A program made the translations under genes and the position numbers. 64,000 bases of DNA from contig ADNK01000640.1 in NCBI GenBank assembly GCA_000320545.1, positions 3,693-67,692 on the forward strand, in the 5' to 3' direction. The stretch is from Bigelowiella natans CCMP2755. Lineage: Eukaryota > Protista > Cercozoa. The notes below the pieces were generated by a model. The model was not told the DNA's origin and made no database searches. It worked only from the letters and a program-made list of their open reading frames with translations. Positions within the stretch are counted from its first letter, which is position 1. Each line of letters begins with the position of its first letter. Below, piece by piece: positions 28,195-37,773 of the stretch.

Positions 28195-29146
28195 AAGAAG
28201 TGGATGGAGAGGCTTTTCAGTTCACTCCTGACAATCTTGTTTCGGAATTCTGCAATTTGTGGCATTTGCAGGCACAAAGTCATTGACGCAGGCCCCATTT
28301 CCTTGAGTTCATTTCTGAACATGACAGCAAAAATGAAAAACACATGCTCTTAGCAATGATCAAGCGCAAAATGAAAAAAACAATGCCAGGACATTTGGCG
28401 GACAAATGATTTTCCAAATGTGAAGAAAACATGCAAAAACATCATCCATTTGAAACAAGCACCTGCAAATTGCAGTGAGAATTTTCCATCCTCTGGACTC
28501 CAAGTGCACACACAGTGGCTTCAATTGTGTGCTGAAGTTGCACTCTGTTTTCCATTTTTGGCCCAGAAAGCCTGCATTTTCAAGATGATGCAAACGTCAC
28601 TGGCAAATTGCAGGTAGCTCGGCCACAGCATTGTTCAGTTGCTCACAGCAACAAAGCCAATTTGCATGAAATTGTGCTCCAGAAACGCTTTCCCGCAAGT
28701 GGAGATTTTTGCACAAAATTGGACAGGTTTGGGTCTGCAAATGCAAAAATGGACTGGGATTTGCAATCAAATGTGCATGTGTTTTTTTTTTCCGGAGAGC
28801 ATGCTCACCCAAAGCTCGAATCCCAAATTCCATGCGATCAGAGGAGCAGGCTTTCTGGTAGCAGCCTGCAGCCCAAAGCTTCAATTTGACTTTCTGAATC
28901 CCGATTTCCATCTGAGCAGGTGTGTTGTGAGACGTGGCAGCCAAGTGCTTGGAAAGGAGAATGTGAATCCACGCCCAGCCCAGAAGAGAAGAACGAGTGC
29001 GATTGCCAACATTTCGAGAGAGAAGATGGAAGAACTGCAAAGAATGATGCTCCAGAAACAAGAAGAAAGCGACGAGGAGAGTAGCGAGGACATCGTGGGT
29101 GAGAACTCGCATTTTTTGCAAACATCTGACATCAAACTAAAATGAA

Positions 29147-32100
29147 GTGGTGTTTGTGTCATTTTGCACTGTGGCAGAGGTGATGGAAGGGCAGGACGAA
29201 AAGGCATGTGACAAGATGTTGAACCCATTTGTCGACACCATCCAGATGAAGAGAAATGGGATGATCACGACTTTTGGAATCGACAGCAAGCACAGCGATC
29301 AGACAGAGGACGAGGAAAAATTTGACGCAACCAACAGAAGCCTGAGTGACGTCGCGAGGGATGGCAATTTGGGGGATGTTGTTGAGCATGTGCAAACGAA
29401 CATGTGGAGGCTGCAACGCGAAGAGGCTCTCAATCACACAGAAAGGAAAGACATCGTGGAGACAGCCGTGCGGTGCTTGCAGTTTTCACATGCACACATG
29501 ACGCTTGGCCAGAAAGGCGCAAATCAGAAATGCGGCAGCTTGAACACCACGACCATCGTGGAAGAGCTTTTGCAAACTGACATTGTCGGCTTCGACATGG
29601 AGTTCCTGGCAGGGAATTTCCAGGAGCTCATGGTCTATTTGGTGCAAACATTGTGCTTCCACGACCCGGAAAATGCCCCAAAATGCAGAAACCTTGTGAT
29701 GTTTTTGATCGATGAGGTCGGGCAGAGCTTCGACTTTGCCTGCGCAGTGGAAGAGTTCGAGAATCGCAGAAACAACCATGTAGCCTTCGAAGATTTCTTC
29801 AGTGGAGTTCCTCTAGACAATCAGATGCCCACAGACATTGAAGCCACACGGGTTTGCTGGTCCAACGACAAAGACTACGAGAAGGTGTTTCCAGTGAAGT
29901 CCAGAGCCATGGATGCTGTCATGCATCAACTTGCGCTTCGGAAGTTCAAAACTGACGGACAAGCAACATGCAGACAAGCAGAGGGAATTCACAAGCCGTG
30001 TTGCACGAAAATGAGCCCATCAGTGGGGAATGAAACGTGCTTGGAGAAACGGGGAAGTAGCGAAAAGTCGCACCTCCCCATCAAACAGTGCGTCCACAAT
30101 TGCCCCATCCCAAACCTGGCTTGCCAATCGGTTCTGAACGTCAAGCAACAAGTTGAGGCAATCGAGCAGTGCACAAGGAGAGACACACGACTCTCGACGA
30201 ACACATTTCTTTGTGACTTTGAAGCGAAGGATGCTGATGGGAGAATGACTTCCTACCTCTGCGACGCGCATGGACACGGACTCTGCAAGGGCAGAGAGCA
30301 GTCTTGGTCCTCCGTTGCAAACACTGGTGAGGGAACAGAGCTAAGCGCAAGCGAGTTCGAGGCACAGCGTTTCACAAAGTCGCACCACCACAGCGATTTC
30401 CTTGATCCTCATGGGTGTTGGTTCCATCAGAATGGCAACGGCAATTTTCTGCATTTCATGCTGCGATTCCAGGACACCACAAGCAAAGGCACGGAGTTCG
30501 AGAGAAAGTGCTTTCCATGGAGTCTCGATGAAAATCAGGTGAAATTTCAAAAGAAGCGATGCCAAAAATGGCTGGATCTTGGGTTCAAGGCTAGCAAGAA
30601 GCGTCAGAGCACTGGCAAAATGCTCAACTACAACCCCTTCTTGGTGGAGCTCCATGAGTTTTGTGGGCTAGCAATGCAGATCTCATGCAAGCCCAGAGAC
30701 ATGACCAAGCGAGAGGTGCACACAGCTCACATGGGAGAAGCCGGGTCGGGTGAAACTGCGGTGACGGAACTCCTAGCTCTGATGGGAGGGCCCGACTCTG
30801 TGGTGAAGATTGAATGCGATGACACCGAAAGCACCCTGTCATTTGACGAGCAGGAGTTGCGCAAAGACACGGTGAGAGCAATCGTGTTCGATGAAGCCCA
30901 CAAGGCCGGAGATGAAGTCAGGCAGATGATTCACAAGTTCATTGGCAACGGCGTGGCTTCTTTGAATGCCAAATTTCAGCAGCTTGTGTGCAAAAACATG
31001 GGAGGATTCCGCGTGATTGTGACAATGAACGGGCCAATGAGCGAGGACATGATGTCGAACATCGCCTCTGCTGACCGTCGCATTCTCCCTCGCGCATTTG
31101 CAAGAGGAGCAGTCAAACACGATGATGTGGTTGCCGCGCAAACTTCACGTCATTTCCACCAGAGCGAAAGGTCTGCTTTGAGCAAGCCTGGGTGGCAGTC
31201 AAACCACATGATCCACACTCTTCGCTCACCAAACAATTCCCATTTGTCGTGCACCATGGCTTTCTTTGGGGCAGACGTAGTGAAAAATCTGAAGTCGCAA
31301 CTGGATGACATTGCGCGCCAGCAGTGGCTTCTCGGTCGGACGGTGATGAAAGAGTTCATCGACGAAGGCTACCTGCAGATCTGCCCGCATTGCATCATGC
31401 CTTGCACGAACCTGAAGACCGCCTACGAGCTCTTCATGCAAAGCAGGTGCAGGGTTGGGATGAAGAAGCAGTTTCGGAAACTGAACGAAGAAAACTTTCT
31501 GCTCATCCAGAAGCTCACTGGATGTGGGATGTTCAAATGCCACCCTGATGCCAAGATGCCAGAACACACGCACTTGAAGGGTTCCAACAAATTGGCACTG
31601 GTCAGCGGAATCAACATGCCTGCTCCTGACTCTTCAGCCTGTCGATCTCTACATGCTGTGTGCGGCGAAAAAAACCGCAATGTGAACCCCATCCGAATGA
31701 ATGCTGAAGATGTTCACGATGCCCATGTGGTGGGACTTCGAGTGTCGGAGAAAGGTCTCCTTTCCTTCAAGAACAAAGAGTTCAAGAACGCGGAAAGCAC
31801 TTGCTGCAGCACCACAGATCTTGCGCATTTCGCCAAATTTTGCGCGGTTGTCGATGGCTGTGTTTCCATTGTGGACGACGAGGATTTTTGCTGCGGAAAA
31901 CGATGTGATTTTGATGAAGAAAGAGCATCCAACCCGTCAATGCAGACTGATCATGTGATGAATGTGGAAGAGACAAGGAACGTGAGGGTCATCATTGGCA
32001 TTGCAAATGCAAGTACCATGTGGGCAGAAAATGCAAAGGGAGAGCAGAAACTGTGGGAGCAGGTAAAAAAGCTCCCCAAAAAGTTCCGGATGCGTGAGTT

Positions 32101-32647
32101 CTGTGGGCATCCTCTGAAATTTTCACAGGAAGGCACCGTGCTTGACCGCCCATTGCAAACAGAGACGGTTGTTGTCTCTGAAACTCAAATGTGGGATCGT
32201 TTTGTTCACACTGGCATCCCTAGAAAAGAGCTTGCAAACCAAACTTGGCAAGAGGTCGTCGCTCGCCAAATTTTGGACAAATGTGCAGTTTTTTGTTCCA
32301 CAGAAGATCACCATGGCAACAAGATGATCAGCACACGCTTTGTTTTTCATGACACTGACGACAAGAGTGAAAGGAAAGAAAGCGCACGCCAGAAATTTTT
32401 TGAAGGGCCAGTCCAAGCGCAGCTACACCAACTTTCATGTGTCCTTTGTGCACAGTGGTGGCATCGCTTCAAACACCAGAAAGGCCACAATGACGAGGAA
32501 CGTGCCACATTGAGGAAATTTTGTGCACACGAAAGCACAAGGTTCAAGTTCTCAGACACGTGTTTGCGGAAAACCAATCATTCCATGACGCAAAGTGTGT
32601 TGCATGCAGTCATGTTGACACATTTTCATTGCAACCATGCTTGCTAG
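29147..32647 (+). pseudogene. D5-like superfamily-3 helicase (viral/Polinton-like-virus type), probably inactivated by hypermutation
   Basis: Walker A GEAGSG[E]T (30734-30757), Walker B RAIVFDE, motif C RVIVTMN, arginine-finger DRRILP.F, and a downstream LKTAYELF..G winged-helix-like segment. 1166 codons without introns. Confidence 0.75.
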
Positions 32648-32730
32648 TGCGCGATTTTGCATGCCATGAGATGTCGAAAAGTGCAACCAATGATGATCAT
32701 GATGCTTCTTGCACTTGTCATCGTGACTGG

Positions 32731-32828
32731 AACAATGAACAATGACAACAAACCACATTTCCAAAATGCAACAAGACACTTGCAGTGCACGAAACGCAGT
32801 GCCTCGAGCTAAATCTAGCGAGGTCTAA
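32731..32828 (+). repeat. Dispersed ~100-bp repeat, copy A (Helitron-3'-end-like)
   Basis: AACAATGA..CATTTCCAAAATG..AAGACA.TTGCAGTG..CGAAACGCAGTGCCTCGA..GAGGTCTAA, shared with 49681-49784 and 50151-50250. Confidence 0.7.
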
Positions 32829-32935
32829 TTTTGGGCATGACGCCATGACAATGATGCTGCAACATTGACTAGCAACGTGTGTGCATGCACATGTGTGCAT
32901 GCATGTTGAGCCTAGCTGTTTTGCTACATTGTGCA

Positions 32936-33522
32936 TCACTTTTGGTTGTCGCATGGCAAACATGTAATCGATTTCACAGTTGTGAACTTTGGCACTTTTT
33001 TGAAAAAGTGACTTTCAAAAACCTGAATCTGCTCGACCATTTTGCAACTTTGAGTCATTTTTGTGTCATTGCCACTAGCAAAGGTGCAAAATGACGGCTG
33101 CATTGTCGTCTTTTTTTTTTTTTTGAACTCTTTTCAAAAGGCAGAAATTTGCTAGTTCACTGTTCACCATTCACAACTGTTACCATGACTAGCACGTGTG
33201 ACAAACGTGGCACATTTGCTAGCAAAAATGACAAAAAGTGACACATGTTCAAATTTTTACTAGTGCATCATTCACAAGTGGAGTTGTGAATGGTGAATGG
33301 TGAACTAGCAAATTTCTGCCTTTCAAAAAGAGTTCAAAAAAAAAAAAAACAACAATGTAGCCGTCATTTTGCACCTTCACTAGCAGCAATGACACAAAAA
33401 TGACTCAAAGTTGCAAAATGGTCGAGCAGATTCCAGGTTTTGAAAGTCACTTTTTCAAAAAAGTGCCAAAGTTCACAACTGTGAAATCGATTACATGTTT
33501 GCCATGCGACAACCAAAAGTGA
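32936..33522. repeat. Foldback/MITE-like inverted repeat: ~243-bp arms (32936-33178, 33282-33522) with ~100-bp spacer
   Basis: TCACTTTTGGTTGTCGCATGGCAAACATGTAATCGATTTCACAG... pairs with ...CTGTGAAATCGATTACATGTTTGCCATGCGACAACCAAAAGTGA. Confidence 0.9.
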
Positions 33523-33701
33523 CACATGATTGCACTCAAACAGTTAGGCTCAAAGGCAATGCCCAGAGAAGGAGTTGTTTTTGTGTCATCACTACTAGTC
33601 AAAACAAATTGCAATCTGTGAGACGGATGTGATGAATTGATTGAATCTTTTCAATGGTCATCCTGATGTAGCTTTGCAAAGCAGCGGCTACAGCGCTCAT
33701 G

Positions 33702-34112
33702 TCATGTCCATTTGTCCATTCTGTCACATGTTGCCGCGAATGTGGATTGCAATCTGTCCTTGACCAATTCCCTGATTTTAGCATTTTCTACAAACAACAA
33801 CTTGCTGACATGCACTTGCTTTGTTGCGAAGCGAGCCTTGGACACCTGTACTAGAACGTTTGCCCGAGCAAAACTAGAGTTTCCAATGTGTATGCCTTTG
33901 ATTTCTTCGTCATAGACATCGGAGAAGTCAACATGTCTTGTGATGATTACCTCTGAATGCAGCAATTTATCATCATTTTGGGCGTGTTTCAATTTTTCTT
34001 TTAGTTGCTTGTTTTCGTTTTGAAGATTTTGCACAAGGACATCTTTGAGTACCTTGCATGTAGAGGTAAATAGGGGCGCTGCGTTTTTTATTGTTTTATT
34101 TGCTAAGCTCAT
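33702..34112 (-). CDS. Hypothetical protein with coiled coil (partially mutated)
   Basis: 136-aa ATG-initiated ORF downstream of an AT-rich spacer; coiled-coil segment LVQNLQNENKQLKEKLKH. Confidence 0.45.
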   Translation of the reverse strand: MSLANKTIKNAAPLFTSTCKVLKDVLVQNLQNENKQLKEKLKHAQNDDKLLHSEVIITRHVDFSDVYDEEIKGIHIGNSSFARANVLVQVSKARFATKQVHVSKLLFVENAKIRELVKDRLQSTFAATCDRMDKWT

Positions 34113-34215
34113 ACTTTTATGTTAAATTTACACATTGATGAATTGCAAGTACTGCATAACATATTAAATTTTATATTTTATTATGGAAACTTATGAATAG
34201 CGCATCAAGTATATG

Positions 34216-35325
34216 TCATGGTTTGAGAATAATTTCTGAAAAAGCTTTTACGGGTTTTGTAATACTGATGTAAACTTTATCATCCCGAATTTTGATTTTC
34301 GCGTTGTAATCTTCTTGGTGTTTCTGGGCAAACACTGCCATGTTATCTTTTCCAGTATCTTTTCTTGTTGTGTGGAGATATGCAATTCGACGTTTGCAAT
34401 TTTTGAGTTTGAAGTAAGATTCAGATGAAGAAATGCGGGAATTTGATGGCAACTTATTTATTACTTTCCCCTTATATTCGATTGTATACCCAACTTTAAG
34501 ATTTCTTTTTGTAAACAGTCCGTAACCAGCGTCTTTTATGTGTGAGATTTTGCGATACAAGTGATTAACATCGTTTTTGTATTTTTTGTGATCGAGAAGA
34601 TGAATACTGGAATTGAAATCTATAATCGACTTGACGCCTATGTAGGCATGAAGACACAGTGACAGTTCGTTACTTTTATTAGAACCTCCAGAGTGGAAGA
34701 ATAAAGGGTGCATGAAGTAAACTTTCCCAAGTTCTAATTCCAGATTGACGATCTTATCGATTGGGCAATCTTTTCGATTTATCTTATGTGAACCCGGAAT
34801 GACCCTGATAGTCCTGGCAGTTAAAGGTATTATCACACTACAAAGAACGAGCGTCTTATTGACACTCAAGTAATTTTCATACCCAAGTTCCTTTGCATTT
34901 TCCCTGTCGAAGTCAGTGTGTATTAACTGTTCTTTGCAATTTTTTTCAGTGACAATGATGCTAAGATGCTGGGCCTTGATTGGGTTTGAACAAGAAAGAC
35001 CAACCTTATATCCGTTGAAATGAGCTGTAGCAGCAACTTTTTTGACCATTTCCATGATTTCTTTTGCAGAATTGATACATGTTTCCTTTTCTGATTTTGT
35101 AAAGCCTGGCACCTTTTCTAGGTGTGATAGATAGAATATCAATCGTCTTCCTTTGTAATCTGTTGTTAGGCTGTCTTCTACATCATTCAAAACCGTATTG
35201 AATATAAGGTCACGGTCGTCACTTTTATGCAACTTTTTCGTAAAGTCTTCAATATTCTTTAGATGAAGTTTAGCCGATTCCGGTAAACTTCTATAGGCAA
35301 TTCCGTTAAGTTTCATGTTTTTCAT
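34216..35325 (-). CDS. PhyH-like 2OG-Fe(II) dioxygenase domain fused to a divergent SET domain
   Basis: QLIHTDF (HxD), IRVIPGSHK, GKVYFMHPLFFHSGGSN (distal His). Then SHIKDAGYGLFTKRNLKVGYTIEYKG (SET motif I) and YNAKIK..KVYISITKPVKAFSEII (SET C-terminal). Intronless, AT-rich, unmutated. Confidence 0.78.
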   Translation of the reverse strand: MKNMKLNGIAYRSLPESAKLHLKNIEDFTKKLHKSDDRDLIFNTVLNDVEDSLTTDYKGRRLIFYLSHLEKVPGFTKSEKETCINSAKEIMEMVKKVAATAHFNGYKVGLSCSNPIKAQHLSIIVTEKNCKEQLIHTDFDRENAKELGYENYLSVNKTLVLCSVIIPLTARTIRVIPGSHKINRKDCPIDKIVNLELELGKVYFMHPLFFHSGGSNKSNELSLCLHAYIGVKSIIDFNSSIHLLDHKKYKNDVNHLYRKISHIKDAGYGLFTKRNLKVGYTIEYKGKVINKLPSNSRISSSESYFKLKNCKRRIAYLHTTRKDTGKDNMAVFAQKHQEDYNAKIKIRDDKVYISITKPVKAFSEIILKP

Positions 35326-35682
35326 GGTAATGGGGTTTTTCTTGGTATAACTTCGAGGTTTTTTCCTACTGGGACCGGTCGCATTGACTACATCTTTTGC
35401 CTTATATATTGATGGAAAAGACTGATAAGTAAGTAATACTTTGCAAGATGCATTAAAAGGTATAAATAAATTAGTACCAATGAATAAGAATAAAATTTAA
35501 TTTATCTCATTTTGAGTTGAAGGTAGTATAGTATGACATACAATACTGTCTTGGTCATTATCAGGTAGTGGCCAAAAGCGTTTCCTTATATTCAGAGCAA
35601 ATGTTTGAGCAGCTTCTGTTATCATCTGTGGTCAATGTATGTACAGCAGTTAAATGCCTCCTATGTATAAAACAATATAAAT

Positions 35683-36634
35683 ATAGAAATATGAATACCC
35701 CCCTCCTACTATTTAATTCAGCCCTACCTTCTACAGAAATAATCACTGCGTAACCAGGGTATTAAGGTAGGTTCGTGGGCCAGTTTAAAATTGGAGATAT
35801 GAAACACAGGAGAGTCTCTGGAAATTTGACCAACTCGAGACCTTTATGTATAGAAATATGAATACCCCCCTCCTACTATTTAATTCAGCCCTACCTTCTA
35901 CAGAAATAATGACTGTGTAACCAGGGTAGGTTCGTGGGCCAGTTTAAAATTGGAGATATGAAACACAGGAGAGTCTCTGGAAATTTGACCAACTCGAGAC
36001 CTTTATGTATAGAAATATGAATACCTCCCTCCTACTATTTAATTCAGCCCTACCTTCTACAGAAATAATCACTGCGTGACCAGGGTAGGTTCGTGGGCCA
36101 GTTTAAAATTGGAGATATGAAACACAGGAGAGTCTCTGGAAATTTGACCAACTCGAGACCTTTATGTATAGAAATATGAATACCCCCCTCCTACTATTTA
36201 ATTCAGCCCTACCTTCTACAGAAATAATGACTGTGTAACCAGGGTAGGTTCGTGGGCCAGTTTAAAATTGGAGATATGAAACACAGGAGAGTCTCTGGAA
36301 ATTTGACCAACTCGAGACCTTTATGTATAGAAATATGAATACCTCCCTCCTACTATTTAATTCAGCCCTACCTTCTACAGAAATAATCACTGCGTGACCA
36401 GGGTAGGTTCGTGGGCCAGTTTAAAATTGGAGATATGAAACACAGGAGAGTCTCTGGAAATTTGACCAACTCGAGACCTTTATGTATAGAAATATGAATA
36501 CCCCCCTCCTACTATTTAATTCAGCCCTACCTTCTACAGAAATAATCACTGCGTAACCAGGGTAGGTTCGTGGGCCAGTTTAAAATTGGAGATATGAAAC
36601 ACAGGAGAGTCTCTGGAAATTTGACCAACTCGAG
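35683..36634 (-). repeat. 159-bp tandem repeat, six copies
   Basis: CTCGAG recurs at 35834, 35993, 36152, 36311, 36470, 36629. Each unit contains the reverse complement of the ~36-bp core of the 67-bp repeat. Confidence 0.93.
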
Positions 36635-36991
36635 ATAGTCCTGGGATATATATTATTTTAGGGATAAGTATAAATAAAGACCAATTAATGCAAAATTATA
36701 CCCTTTACACGAGTTTTATGTAAAAAGGGATATTTGCGGAATATCGAAATAAGTCAAAATTAAACCCTATAAATACCCATATTAGACAAATATTTGAGTT
36801 TTATGGTAGATATACTGGGTACGACTCGTATATATAGAAGAAATTATGAGGTTTAGAGAGATAAATACAAAATTACAAGATTTTACAAGACTTAAAACAA
36901 ATACAGAGAAACGAAATGTAAATTTCCAAAAGCAAAATATAGTTGTCGCGGTCGTGAATTATAGACCGTGCATATTAAGAAACAGTTCTTA
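36530..36991 (+). mobile_element. Right terminus of the element family (copy 3)
   Basis: Near-identical to 19140-19601; ends GCATATTAAGAAACAGTTCTTA. Confidence 0.88.
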
Positions 36992-37773
36992 TTATCAACT
37001 AAAGTACAGCTTGTCGCGGAGTGTGAACCGCATGTATTTTTGCTCTCATACCATTGGCCGTTACTGTCAAAATATGTAGTTCATAATTCGATTGTCGCGC
37101 AGGGAAAGTCCTCGTGGCTATGACGCCTGAGGGCATCCCGAATCTCCGACAGAATCTAGGCAAAAAATACAGGACATTTCTCATGGACGGCAACGAGCGT
37201 TTTGCTCTCAACCAGATCGCTCATTTTGACGAGGAGACATCTACGTGACACATCATGCGTTACCTTGAGTTACTTGTAGATCTACCGCCAAAAAACTCGA
37301 AATAACTCCCAACCCGAAACCTGGGGAGAACAATTTCGGCAAAGACCTCATCGCAATGAGGTAGATCTAATAACAGCAGTGTAGATGTTCAGCTCGCCCC
37401 CCATTGCTGCCCAGTGCCACTCATAGTTCATAGTTTACCATTTTGAACTCCATGGAATTCAAAGCTTCGCTGTAGACATTTTTTAGGCGTACCCCGAAGC
37501 GTTGGGGTTGCGCTGCTCATCTTGCGATCTCACGAGGCGCAATTTTGAGCAACGGAAAGAGGAAGGAGGAGGGGAACTAATTGGTCGGGAGGAGAGGGAA
37601 GTTGCGTCATTTACCTAAATTTTCTGTTTCGTTTTTCCATAACCTATCCGACAAGGAAAGCCAGGGTTATTGATTTCTACGACGAATGATCGCCCTCTCG
37701 CCATACGGTGGAGCTATCCTATTCACGTAAGAGCAACGGGGAAGGCGAAGGCAGTAGCAGGATCAGCGACAGA

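Larger units (their letters stand above)
21292..36991. mobile_element. ~15.7-kb composite or virus-like element bounded by long inverted arms, carrying intronless cargo genes
   Basis: 21292-~21900 is the reverse complement of ~36200-36800. The interior lacks introns and host-type microsatellites and encodes an SF3 helicase, DUF378 and a 2OG-SET fusion. It is uncertain whether this is one element or copy 2 lying next to a larger family member. Confidence 0.6.

Noticed and set aside
22800-33900. Alternative genetic code or sequencing error as the cause of Tyr depletion
   Set aside because: The same substitutions occur in non-coding repeats, are context-specific and regionally graded, and host genes use normal Tyr codons.
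21292-36991. Canonical Polinton/Maverick or piggyBac
   Set aside because: No pPolB, rve integrase, capsid or DDE transposase recognised; the termini lack the Polinton AG..CT with 6-bp TSD and the piggyBac CC..GG.
37000-37550. Tudor-like GQWYE.K exon on the - strand
   Set aside because: It needs a frameshift and has no supporting exon chain, so it is too weak to call.
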